Assembly (NCBI GenBank): GCA_036848175.1
Contig: DAIUKO010000006.1
Location: 1-62,284, forward strand
Length of the DNA stretch: 62,284 nt
Reading direction: 5' to 3'
From: Vicinamibacterales bacterium
GTDB lineage: Bacteria > Acidobacteriota > Vicinamibacteria > Vicinamibacterales > CAVVIG01
Shown here: piece by piece, positions 1-8,477 of the stretch
Position numbering within the stretch: the first letter of the stretch is position 1
How the letters are laid out: every line of letters begins with the position of its first letter
Position numbers and translations under genes: made by a program
Notes under the pieces: generated by a model
The model's database searches: none
The model's input: the letters and a program-made list of their open reading frames with translations, nothing else
What the model was told of the DNA's origin: nothing

Positions 1-618
1 CGCGTCCATGGCGCGGCTGCAGTCGGGGACTTCGACGACGACGTAGCCGTTCGGCGCGATCAGGACCTTCAGCGCGTCCATGAATTCGTGCGGCCGGGCC
101 GCGTGCTCGACGATGTGACGCACGAGCAGCAGGTCGGCACGGCCGCGGCGCGCGGCGATCTGATGCGCCGCGTCCGGCGTGAGGCGATCCTGAATCGTCT
201 CGACGCCGAGGCCGGAGTGGGCATCGTTGAGGCCGAGATCCTCGCGGAGATCCAGCCGCCACGTCCGCAGTCCCCTGCGCTCGAGCCGAGCGAGCGTCGT
301 GTCGTCCTTGAAGCTGACCCCGGCCGCCGTGGCGCCCGGCCCGATGCCGGGCAGCGTCATCAGCGTATCGACGAGATCGTCCAGGTGCGCTTCGGGCTCG
401 TTGTACGTCACCCAGTCGAACGGGGGGACGAGCGCGCGCGCCGGAACCGGCGTCTCGATCTGCACGAGCCCGCAGGTTGCGCACTGCTGGAGCGCGATCG
501 GAAACCGCTCCTCCTTCTCGTCCGGCGTCCGCAGGAACCGGTTCGCGATCGGCTGCGGCCCGATGTCGATCAGCGGTTCGAGCTTGTCGCTCGCGCACAG
601 CAGACAGCGTCGCGTCAT
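1..618 (-). CDS. NDP-hexose C-methyltransferase-like SAM methyltransferase (5' part only; gene runs off the left edge)
   Basis: No stop in window, so absent from the ORF track. Hand translation of the minus strand from ATG 618..616 reads MTRRCLLCASDKLEPLIDIGPQPIANRFL...PIALQQCATCGLVQ. That is a CxxC...CxxC zinc ribbon plus GxxPxAN N-terminus, as in TylCIII-type sugar C-methyltransferases. ATGA overlap with upstream stop 615..617. Confidence 0.65.
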   Translation of the reverse strand, partial: MTRRCLLCASDKLEPLIDIGPQPIANRFLRTPDEKEERFPIALQQCATCGLVQIETPVPARALVPPFDWVTYNEPEAHLDDLVDTLMTLPGIGPGATAAGVSFKDDTTLARLERRGLRTWRLDLREDLGLNDAHSGLGVETIQDRLTPDAAHQIAARRGRADLLLVRHIVEHAARPHEFMDALKVLIAPNGYVVVEVPDCSRAMDA

Positions 619-1514
619 GCGCGCGCCTCCGGCGCCGCGATCGCCGCCGCCACCCGCCGGATGCCGTCGGCGAGCGGTGTGAACGCGAAGCCAGGACACA
701 GCTGCTGCAGCCGTCGCGCATCGAACCGGTGATCGACCTTCTCCTTCGTCCGCGCCCGCGTCTGAACGAGCGGGTCGCGGCCGACGACCGCCGCGATTTC
801 CGCGAGCGCCTCGACGTAGGTGTAGCTCGTGCCGCTGACAACGTTGAGCACGCCGCTCGCCTCGCCGAGCGTCAGCCTCACGGTGAGCGCCACCACGTCG
901 TCGACGAAGAGGAACTCACGAAGCTCAGAGCCGTCTCCCCACAACGTGATCGGCGAGTTGTCGATCGCCTTGCCCAGGAATCCGGACGGACCGTAGTAAT
1001 AGCCGGGTTCGTGCGGCCCGTAGACGAGCGCGGGACGCAGCATCAGGAGCGACGTGTCCGGAAGCGCCGCGACCGTACGCGCGAGCAGCCGTTCTGCCGT
1101 GAACTTGCCGATGCCGTAGAACGACGTCGGCTGCACGGCGGTCGCTTCGCTGATGACGCCGTGCTGAACGTCCTCGCCGTAGACGGCGGCGGAACTGAAG
1201 AACACGACACGCCGCAGCGGACGCGCGGCCAGCGCGCCGCAGACGTTCAACACGATCGCGAGGTTCTGCTGAAAAATCTCCGCCGTGTCGCCGAGCTGTT
1301 TCTTGATCGCCGAGCAGACGATCAACGCCGCGTCGGCGTCGACGAGATCGGCAAGCGCCTGCGATGCACCGGGCGTCGTCAAATCGAGCGTCGGCGCCGA
1401 GCGGCCGACGATCGGCACGCCGGGCGCGGCGGCCCGAAACGCCGGCGCCAGCCGGCTGCCGATGTATCCCGTGTGCCCGAGCAGCACGATGCGGCTGAAC
1501 GCCGGCTGCGCCAT
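615..1514 (-). CDS. NAD-dependent sugar epimerase/dehydratase (extended SDR)
   Basis: ORF 615..1535. Rossmann motif LLGHTGYIG and YGIGK (YxxxK). I prefer the internal ATG 1514 (MAQPAF...), which overlaps the upstream stop by 1 nt; ATG 1535 is the alternative. Confidence 0.8.
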   Translation of the reverse strand: MAQPAFSRIVLLGHTGYIGSRLAPAFRAAAPGVPIVGRSAPTLDLTTPGASQALADLVDADAALIVCSAIKKQLGDTAEIFQQNLAIVLNVCGALAARPLRRVVFFSSAAVYGEDVQHGVISEATAVQPTSFYGIGKFTAERLLARTVAALPDTSLLMLRPALVYGPHEPGYYYGPSGFLGKAIDNSPITLWGDGSELREFLFVDDVVALTVRLTLGEASGVLNVVSGTSYTYVEALAEIAAVVGRDPLVQTRARTKEKVDHRFDARRLQQLCPGFAFTPLADGIRRVAAAIAAPEARA

Positions 1515-2191
1515 CAGCTTCGCGCCCCGACGCACAGCGCGAACAGGTAGTGCGCCAGCTTGTGGAAGCCGGTGTGCACGACTTCGTCGTTCATCGAGAA
1601 GATGAACACCTCGTGGAAGTGCCGCTGCATGACCCGCTTCAGATCCGGCGCCGACTTGCAGTTGACGTGCCCCTCTTTACTGCCTGACGACGCGTAAGGC
1701 TGCGACTCCAACGACGGCATCCCGACGATGGCAACGCCCGGGCGCACGAGCGACTCCGCGACGTTGTGGATGAATCGATCTTCGTCGCTCTCGACGATGT
1801 GCTCGAGCACGTCGAGCGCGTAGGCGGCGTCGAACGGCGGGACGATCGGCCCGGCGAGCATGTCGTGCACGCGGCACTCGAATCCCCACGGCTCCTCCAT
1901 CGCCTCGTTCGCGTCGCGGACGAACACGGGATCGATGTCGATCCCCACGAGCGTCTCGACCTCCTGCTTCACGACGCGGCTCGCCCACGCGTCGCCGACG
2001 CCGACTTCGAGGACGCGTTTCTTCCCGCTCAGCATCTTGGCGACGAACTTGTAGCGCGCGAGCACGATGCCGAGCCGCTTCGGATCGGCGTGCCACGCCG
2101 CGTTCGCGCGCAGACCGAGACGGGTGAAGCCTTTCGCATCGCGCAGCGCCACGTGCGCCTGGTACTGCGGCTCGTATGTCTTGTCCGACAT
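1514..2191 (-). CDS. class I SAM-dependent methyltransferase
   Basis: 225-aa ORF with SAM motif I VLEVGVGDAW and LDVLEHI. Non-Arg-biased composition. Confidence 0.85.
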   Translation of the reverse strand: MSDKTYEPQYQAHVALRDAKGFTRLGLRANAAWHADPKRLGIVLARYKFVAKMLSGKKRVLEVGVGDAWASRVVKQEVETLVGIDIDPVFVRDANEAMEEPWGFECRVHDMLAGPIVPPFDAAYALDVLEHIVESDEDRFIHNVAESLVRPGVAIVGMPSLESQPYASSGSKEGHVNCKSAPDLKRVMQRHFHEVFIFSMNDEVVHTGFHKLAHYLFALCVGARS

Positions 2192-2194
2192 CGC

Positions 2195-3229
2195 TCAGTC
2201 CATCTTCAACAAGACACGGCCGGCTTCGCCGCGCCGCACCGTGGCGATCGCCTCGTTCACCTGGTCGAGGGGGAACTCGTGGGTGACAAGGCCGTCGAGG
2301 CTCATTTTGCCGGCGCCGATCAGGCGGATGTAGCGCGGGATGTCGACGTGCGGCTCGGCGCCGCCGCCGTGCGATCCGGTCAGCACCTTCTTGAAATGCA
2401 GCGGCAGCGAGTAGATGGAGATGTTGTCGCCTTTGCGCGGCACGCCGACGAGGATGGTCTTGCCGTCCGCGTGCGTCAGCTCGTAGGCCAGCTCGATCAC
2501 CCGCGCCCGCCCGGTCGTGTCGACGACAACGTCGGCGCCGGCCGCGCCCACCACGTCGCGGATCTCGCGCGCGAGATCCGCGCTCGTCTCCGCATTGAAC
2601 ACGTGCGTCGCGCCGAACCGCTTCGCCCAGTCGAGCTTCGAGTCGACGAGATCGACGGCGACGATCGGATGCGCCGAGACCATCGCCGCCGACTGGACGA
2701 TGTTCACGCCGACGCCGCCGACGCCGAAGACCACGACCGACTGGCCGACCTCGACCGCCGCGTCGCGGTTCACCACGCCCATCGCCGTCGTCACGGCGCA
2801 GCCGAACAGCGGCGCCGTCCGCAGATCGAAGTCGGCCGGAATCGGGGTCACGCGGTTCTCCGACACCACCGCCTGGTCGTTGAACGTCGTCACCCATCCG
2901 GCGTTGACGCGCGTGCCGTTCCACCGATAGGAGGGCGGATCGCACTGCAGACCGGCGCCCGGCCGCCAGTGCATCACGACGCGGTCGCCCTTCTTGACGC
3001 TGCGGACACCAGGTCCGACGTCGAGCACCGTTCCCGATCCTTCGTGCCCGAGCAGATGCGGCAGAAACCTGTCAGGACCCTTGGCCCCTTCGATCTCGTT
3101 GATCTGGGCGCCGCAGATGCCGCTGTAGTGGACGCGCACGAGCACCTGGCCGAACGACAGCGGATCGGGCGGATCGAGATCCGCAACGACGAGCGGCGCG
3201 TTGAGCTCGGTGAGAATGGCGGCTTTCAT
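2195..3229 (-). CDS. zinc-binding medium-chain alcohol/sugar dehydrogenase
   Basis: ORF 2195..3493 trimmed to internal ATG 3229 (MKAAILTEL...), forming ATGA with the upstream stop. GHEGSG zinc-ADH signature and GVGGVG dinucleotide fold. Confidence 0.85.
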   Translation of the reverse strand: MKAAILTELNAPLVVADLDPPDPLSFGQVLVRVHYSGICGAQINEIEGAKGPDRFLPHLLGHEGSGTVLDVGPGVRSVKKGDRVVMHWRPGAGLQCDPPSYRWNGTRVNAGWVTTFNDQAVVSENRVTPIPADFDLRTAPLFGCAVTTAMGVVNRDAAVEVGQSVVVFGVGGVGVNIVQSAAMVSAHPIVAVDLVDSKLDWAKRFGATHVFNAETSADLAREIRDVVGAAGADVVVDTTGRARVIELAYELTHADGKTILVGVPRKGDNISIYSLPLHFKKVLTGSHGGGAEPHVDIPRYIRLIGAGKMSLDGLVTHEFPLDQVNEAIATVRRGEAGRVLLKMD

Positions 3230-3888
3230 TCGAAGTAGATGAACTCGTAGTCGCCGGTGTAGCCGAAGTGGCGGTAGAGCCAGATCCACTCGGCGGTGTC
3301 GAAGAACGCTTCCGCCGTCAGCGCCCAGCACTGCAGATTGAACTGCTCGAGCTCGTTCCGGTAGCTCTCGACCATGACGTATTTCTGCTTGCCGACGCGC
3401 TCGATCTCGCGAATCGCCGTCTCCAGCTCGAACACGCGCAGATTGTGCAGCGCGCCGAACGAGATCACGAGATCGAAGTGCTTGTCGCCCCATGGGTACG
3501 GATCCTGAGCGCGGTAGGAGAACAGATACGGCCGGATCGCTTCGGGCGCGTCGGCGAGACCGTGTTGCGAGATGTCGAATCCGGTGACCTCGGCATCGGG
3601 CAGGAGCAGCTTCAGCTCGTGGAGGAGATGCGCCTTGCCGCAGCCGACGTCGAGAATCCGCGCGCTCGCTCCGAGCTCGTAGTGATCGATCAGGTGCTGG
3701 GCGACGACCTTCCAGCGCCCGTCGTAGCGATACCCGCCGTAGCCGTATCGACGATCGCCATCCCAGTAGTCGAACTCGTATTCCTTCGCCTTCAGCATGC
3801 AGTGAACCTTGTCGTCGACCATCCGGGCGAGGTAGTCGCGCTTGGTTCGCTTGTGCAGCGGCGTCACCACATTCAGCAGTTGTCCCAT
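3226..3888 (-). CDS. class I SAM-dependent methyltransferase
   Basis: 220-aa ORF with ILDVGCGKAH motif I. W/Y-rich composition unlike the spurious Arg-rich frames. Confidence 0.85.
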   Translation of the reverse strand: MGQLLNVVTPLHKRTKRDYLARMVDDKVHCMLKAKEYEFDYWDGDRRYGYGGYRYDGRWKVVAQHLIDHYELGASARILDVGCGKAHLLHELKLLLPDAEVTGFDISQHGLADAPEAIRPYLFSYRAQDPYPWGDKHFDLVISFGALHNLRVFELETAIREIERVGKQKYVMVESYRNELEQFNLQCWALTAEAFFDTAEWIWLYRHFGYTGDYEFIYFE

Positions 3889-3892
3889 ATCC

Positions 3893-4837
3893 TCAGTTCG
3901 TTCGAGCTGGCCGGTTCGCCAGCAGTTCCCGCGCGACCGCGGACGCTCGCTCCGCCGTGATCCCGTACTTCGCCATCATCGACGCCTGCGATCCGTAGCC
4001 GTGCGGGAACAGATCCGGAATGCCGAGACGCTTGAAGCGCTTCGACGGCTCGAAACCGGCTTCGGCGAGGATCTCGGCGGCGGCGCCGCCGAGTCCGCCG
4101 ACCACGCTGTGCTCTTCGATCGAGACGATGGCGTCGACGCGGCGCGCGAAGCTCAGGAACGTCTCGACGTCAAACGGCTTCACCGTGGGCATGTGAAGAA
4201 CAGCGGCATCGATGCCATCGCTTTTCAACGAGGCGGCGGCCTCGAGCGCAATCTTCAGCGTGATCCCGGTGGTCAGCATGAGCACGTCGTCGCCGGTCAG
4301 CATCGGGATCGCGCGGCCGATGCTGAATGGATGCGCGTCGCTCGAGACGATCGGATCGCCGCCTTTTCCGAGGCGGATGTAGATCGGACCGTGATGATCG
4401 ACCGTCCGCGGCATCAGCCGCGCCATCTCGTCGGCGTCGCACGGCGCGACGACGGTCATGTTCGGCACCGCGCGCATGATCGCGATGTCGTCGATCGCGA
4501 GGTGCGTCGGACCGAGCGGCGCGTAGACGACGCCGCCGCCGTTGGCGATGAGTCGGACGTTCACGTTGTGCAGGCCGAGATCGAGGACGACCTGCTCGAA
4601 GCACCGCCGCGTCAGAAACGTCGCGATCGTGTTGACGTAGACGATCTTGCCTTCGAGCGCCAGCCCGGCGGCCAGACCGACGATGTTCGCTTCGCTGACG
4701 CCTTCCATGAAGAAGCGCTCCGGCATCTCCTTGCGGAAGTTGTCGAGGGTGCCGACGCCGAGGTCGGAGCCGATGAAGAAGATGCGCGTGTCCTGCTTCG
4801 CGAGCTCGTAGACCATGTCGAGGGACTTCTTGCGCAT
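3893..4837 (-). CDS. transketolase, C-terminal (pyrimidine-binding) subunit
   Basis: ORF 3893..5488 trimmed to ATG 4837 (MRKKSLDMVYELAK...). FFMEGVSEANIVG and PTHLAIDDIAIMRAVPNM are typical of the TK C-half. 1-nt overlap with the TK-N stop. Confidence 0.9.
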   Translation of the reverse strand: MRKKSLDMVYELAKQDTRIFFIGSDLGVGTLDNFRKEMPERFFMEGVSEANIVGLAAGLALEGKIVYVNTIATFLTRRCFEQVVLDLGLHNVNVRLIANGGGVVYAPLGPTHLAIDDIAIMRAVPNMTVVAPCDADEMARLMPRTVDHHGPIYIRLGKGGDPIVSSDAHPFSIGRAIPMLTGDDVLMLTTGITLKIALEAAASLKSDGIDAAVLHMPTVKPFDVETFLSFARRVDAIVSIEEHSVVGGLGGAAAEILAEAGFEPSKRFKRLGIPDLFPHGYGSQASMMAKYGITAERASAVARELLANRPARTN

Positions 4838-5661
4838 CAGCGCGCCTCCAGCGCGGCGATCAATCGCTCGGCATCCTGCGCGGTCACTTTGTTCTGATGG
4901 TGCCAGGCCATGTTGTTCTCGGCAAACGCGACCCCCTTGCCTTTGACCGTGTGGCAGACGATCGCCGACGGCTTCGAGGGGTCGAGCGGGACGCGGGCCA
5001 GCACCTCGCGAAGCTCGCCGACATCGTGGCCGTTCACGTCGACCGCGGCGAAGCCGAACGCACGCCATTTGTCGGCGAGCGGCTCGAGATTCTGCACGTC
5101 GGCCGTCGCGCCGTACGACTGATGCTTGTTGTAGTCGGTGAGGACCACGAGGTTGTTCAGGCGATGCTTGCCGGCCGACAGTGCCGCTTCCCAGATCGAT
5201 CCCTCGTTCGACTCGCCATCGCCGATGACAACGAAGGTGCGGTATGACGCGCGCTCGTAGCGGGCGTTCAACGCGAAGCCGAGCGCGATCGACAGTCCGT
5301 GTCCGAGGCTGCCGGTGGACGCCTCGACGCCGGGAATATGGTGCTCGGGATGACCGCCGAGGAGCCCGTCGCTCTTGCAGAATTTCCAGAGCTCCGCCTC
5401 GGGGAAGAAGCCCTTGTCGGCGAGGATCGCGTAGAGCGCGAGGCAGCCGTGCCCCTTGCTGAGCAGGAATCGGTCGCGCTCGGGCCATCGCGGGTTCTTC
5501 GCGTCGTAGGTCATCACGTCGTCGTAGAGCACGCGCAGGATCTCGACGAGCGAGAACGCGGCGCCGACGTGCCCGCGCTGGCCGGCCTCGAGCGTCCGGA
5601 TGATCGTCCGGCGGAGCGCCTTCGAGCGCGCATCGAGCGGAATTGTCAGAGGATCGGTCAT
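4837..5661 (-). CDS. transketolase, N-terminal (ThDP-binding) subunit
   Basis: 274-aa ORF with GHVGAAFS and GDGESNEGSIWEA ThDP motifs. Confidence 0.9.
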   Translation of the reverse strand: MTDPLTIPLDARSKALRRTIIRTLEAGQRGHVGAAFSLVEILRVLYDDVMTYDAKNPRWPERDRFLLSKGHGCLALYAILADKGFFPEAELWKFCKSDGLLGGHPEHHIPGVEASTGSLGHGLSIALGFALNARYERASYRTFVVIGDGESNEGSIWEAALSAGKHRLNNLVVLTDYNKHQSYGATADVQNLEPLADKWRAFGFAAVDVNGHDVGELREVLARVPLDPSKPSAIVCHTVKGKGVAFAENNMAWHHQNKVTAQDAERLIAALEAR

Positions 5662-5662
5662 G

Positions 5663-6715
5663 TCAGGACAGAAATGCGTTGTCGGCGTACGCGCCGGCCA
5701 GGCCGGCGACGAACGTGCGCGCTTTCGCGAACTGCGTCGTTCGCCGATCGCCGTCGGACTGCGACGCGCGCTCGGGGAGAAAATCGTTCAACAGAATCGC
5801 CGTCCACTTGAGGCCGAACAGGGGATACACGACGCGGGCTCGCGCGGGGAGCGAGCGCACATCGGCAAACGCCGCGAGTGCCCGCTCGGCGAACCGATGC
5901 TTCAGCCGATCGTCGAGCGCCATGCCGGGGTGAAGCAGGTAGTCGACGATCGTCTTCGCCGGATCGTCCCAGCCGAAGTACTCGAAGTCGACGAAGGCCA
6001 GCGATCCATCGGGCCGGCGGATGACGTTGTGAAAGCCGAAGTCGGACGGGCTCAGCGTTCGCGCCTCTCGATCGATCGGATCGTCGAAGCCAATCCCGCA
6101 CGACCCGGCCGTTCGGGCGCACCATTCGACGATTTCATCTCTGAGCGGCGCGAAGGTGGCATCGATCCAGTCATGGAGCCGTCGGGCGACATCATCGCCT
6201 GCTGACGTCGCGCTCCGCAGGCGAGCGACGCGCTGATCCACGCTCGCCACGATCTCGCCGAGCGTGAAGCACGCCTCGGAAGCCGGCCGCACGGCTTCGC
6301 TTCCCCTCGCGCCGCGCAGCTGCCTGAGCGCGGCAAGAAAGGCGACCGACGCGTCGACGTCCTCCGCGGTGGCGGCGCCCGGCGACACCGGTTCCCCGGC
6401 AATGAATTCGTAGATGGCGCACTCGCGATCGGGAGCGACGGCAATCGGGCGAGGAACCGAGCGCATGCCATTCTGCCACAGAAACTTCAGCGTCCCGAAC
6501 TCGGTGCCGAGCCGATCGCGAACGTCGCCGGCGTCGCGGCGGTAGAACTTCACGACGACCTGCGCAGGCTCGTGGCGCACGCCGTCGCCGAGCTCGACAC
6601 GAAACACACGACTGTTTCGGCCCGTGCCGATCGGCGCCGACGCGGCGACGTCACGGCTGAGCGCGGTGCGACAGATCGCCTGCAGGTCAGGCGCGATGGT
6701 CGAAGAAATATTCAC
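5663..6715 (-). CDS. aminoglycoside-phosphotransferase/choline-kinase-fold kinase
   Basis: 350-aa ORF with kinase-fold catalytic and Mg loops SDFGFHNVI and FVDFEYFGWDDP. Confidence 0.8.
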   Translation of the reverse strand: MNISSTIAPDLQAICRTALSRDVAASAPIGTGRNSRVFRVELGDGVRHEPAQVVVKFYRRDAGDVRDRLGTEFGTLKFLWQNGMRSVPRPIAVAPDRECAIYEFIAGEPVSPGAATAEDVDASVAFLAALRQLRGARGSEAVRPASEACFTLGEIVASVDQRVARLRSATSAGDDVARRLHDWIDATFAPLRDEIVEWCARTAGSCGIGFDDPIDREARTLSPSDFGFHNVIRRPDGSLAFVDFEYFGWDDPAKTIVDYLLHPGMALDDRLKHRFAERALAAFADVRSLPARARVVYPLFGLKWTAILLNDFLPERASQSDGDRRTTQFAKARTFVAGLAGAYADNAFLS

Positions 6716-7322
6716 GAACGTCTTCCCAGCTGCGCATCACGCGCACCGAGGCGGTTGAGACGATCGACGGACCCGGCGCGTAGAGAATCCGGTGCACGGA
6801 AGGCGGAAAAGCCGGCTCGAGAAACACTTCCTCGAGGTCGTCGATGAAATGCGAGCAGCCGATGGCGGCGATGCGCGCGATCTTGCCGGCGCGCGTCGAC
6901 TCGAAAAACACGTCGTCTGTACCGAGGTTCAGTCCGTCGCGGTCGAAGAAGCGGCGCGCCGCCATCCAGTCGAGGGCCGCGGTTCGCAGGTTCGTGCGCG
7001 TCCGATCGTAGTTGGCGTATTCGGTCTTGTGGCTCACGATGCGCACGGCGAATCCGGCCTCGCGGCACCAACGAATGAAGTCTTCGGCGCCGTCGGTCGC
7101 CCGCGCCTGAGACATCAGCGGACCGTAGACGAGCGCCTGCAGCTCCTGCCACGCGATCTCGCCGCCGGGCAGCATGCGAACGCGGTCGCGGACCGCGCGC
7201 TTGGTTTTCGCCACCGCTTCGGCGCCGTCGCCGATCAGCCCGTGATCGACGGCCGCGCGGTACATCAAATCGTCATAGCTGACGATCGTGTTGTCGAAGT
7301 CGATGCCGATCGTGATGCTCAC
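6687..7322 (-). CDS. HAD-superfamily hydrolase (phosphatase-like)
   Basis: 211-aa ORF with a GTG start (GTGA with the upstream stop). HAD motif I GIDFDNTIV. Its 3' end overlaps the kinase gene by 29 nt. Confidence 0.8.
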   Translation of the reverse strand: MSITIGIDFDNTIVSYDDLMYRAAVDHGLIGDGAEAVAKTKRAVRDRVRMLPGGEIAWQELQALVYGPLMSQARATDGAEDFIRWCREAGFAVRIVSHKTEYANYDRTRTNLRTAALDWMAARRFFDRDGLNLGTDDVFFESTRAGKIARIAAIGCSHFIDDLEEVFLEPAFPPSVHRILYAPGPSIVSTASVRVMRSWEDVREYFFDHRA

Positions 7323-7873
7323 ATCGGTCGGGGCGCTGCGGCGGCGCCGTGGCCGTCGGCGACATCGGGCGGTTGCGTCGGCAGACCGAGGATCGTGCGC
7401 CAGGCGTCGAGCGCGCGGGCGAAATGGAGCGTCGAGCGGTTGGCGATATAGCAGCGGCCATCGGCGACGCGAACCTGACCGATTGAGGTCAGCCGCTCGA
7501 GCCGCGCCGCGATCATCCGCTCGGCGCTGTAGCGATCGAGGAGATCATCGAGGTTTACGCCGCCCGACCACGCGAGCTCCAGCAAGAGGTGCATATGGAG
7601 CGACGTTTCGGCGATGTTCACGACGTCGACGTACAGGATGGCCATGCCGGCGTAGACCGCCGCGAGATACGCGAAGCCGCACAGCGACACATCGAGAAAC
7701 CAGGCGGCCGCTGCCACGGGCACGAACGCACACAGCAGCGCGACGAAAGCCGATGAATGCGCCGTCGGTTTCGCAGCGGCGCGGTCGAGCAGGCGGAACG
7801 CGATCGCATGCGCGACGAACATCAGCAGCGGCGACGCGATCAGGATCAGCAGGAGCGGCCCGAGCCAGGACAT
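7319..7873 (-). CDS. membrane protein: 3 predicted TM helices + winged-helix-like C-terminal domain (paralogue A)
   Basis: 184-aa ORF with a hydrophobic N-terminal half. The tail reads LLLELAWSGGVNLDDLL...LERLTSIGQVRVADGR. Paralogous to 7983..8477. Confidence 0.7.
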   Translation of the reverse strand: MSWLGPLLLILIASPLLMFVAHAIAFRLLDRAAAKPTAHSSAFVALLCAFVPVAAAAWFLDVSLCGFAYLAAVYAGMAILYVDVVNIAETSLHMHLLLELAWSGGVNLDDLLDRYSAERMIAARLERLTSIGQVRVADGRCYIANRSTLHFARALDAWRTILGLPTQPPDVADGHGAAAAPRPM

Positions 7874-7932
7874 CTAGTGGACCGTTTGACCTGAAGCAGG
7901 ACCAGCCACAACAAGCGTTGGACCGCGATTTC

Positions 7933-7957
7933 CGGGCCGTTCCAACGGAACGGCCCG
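7933..7957. promoter_or_regulatory. perfect 11-bp stem / 3-nt loop hairpin in the 109-nt spacer between the two paralogous membrane-protein genes
   Basis: cgggccgttcc-aac-ggaacggcccg, read directly. No U-tract follows on the transcribed (minus) strand. Confidence 0.6.
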
Positions 7958-7982
7958 CTTTACGTTTCGAGGAGACACTCCG

Positions 7983-8477
7983 CTAACCGCCCTCCCCATC
8001 GCGGAGGCCGACGGCATGGCGATACAGAAGCACCATCCGCGTCATCGTCACACCGCGAGGCCCCAGCTGCAGCCGGGCGCCGTTCTGCCGCACGAGGCCG
8101 GCGGCCGCCAGGTTGTCGATGCGGTCGCTGGTCAGCGCGCCGGCGAGAAACGGCAGCCGGAGCGACGATGCGGGAATGCCGGCCGGCGTGCGATCCAGCA
8201 GCTTCAACAGCTCGATCGACGGGCTGAACGCCGACACGAGCGTGTAGCCAACCACGTAGACGGCCGCGAACGTTCCGTGCAGCAGAAGCACCGCCGCCCA
8301 CTCCAGCGGCGCCGGCACGATGAGCCATGCCACGGCGGCGCCGACCGGGCCGAAGATCACGACCAGCGTCGGAAGCCATCCGCCGTACGACGCGGGACGA
8401 CGAATCCGCCAGGCGATCGCGTGCAGCGCCAGGCACAGGACGAACACCGCGAAACTGTCGATGACGAGCGCGCACAT
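7983..8477 (-). CDS. membrane protein: 3 predicted TM helices + winged-helix-like C-terminal domain (paralogue B)
   Basis: 164-aa ORF. The tail reads ELLKLLDRTPAGIPASSL...IDNLAAAGLVRQNGARLQLGPRG. Start abuts the upstream stop (8478). Confidence 0.7.
   Translation of the reverse strand: MCALVIDSFAVFVLCLALHAIAWRIRRPASYGGWLPTLVVIFGPVGAAVAWLIVPAPLEWAAVLLLHGTFAAVYVVGYTLVSAFSPSIELLKLLDRTPAGIPASSLRLPFLAGALTSDRIDNLAAAGLVRQNGARLQLGPRGVTMTRMVLLYRHAVGLRDGEGG

Noticed and set aside
7933-7957. Intrinsic (Rho-independent) terminator between the two paralogous membrane-protein genes.
   Set aside because: On the transcribed minus strand the stem is followed by GGAAAUCGC rather than a U-tract. The partial U-run is on the non-coding plus strand.
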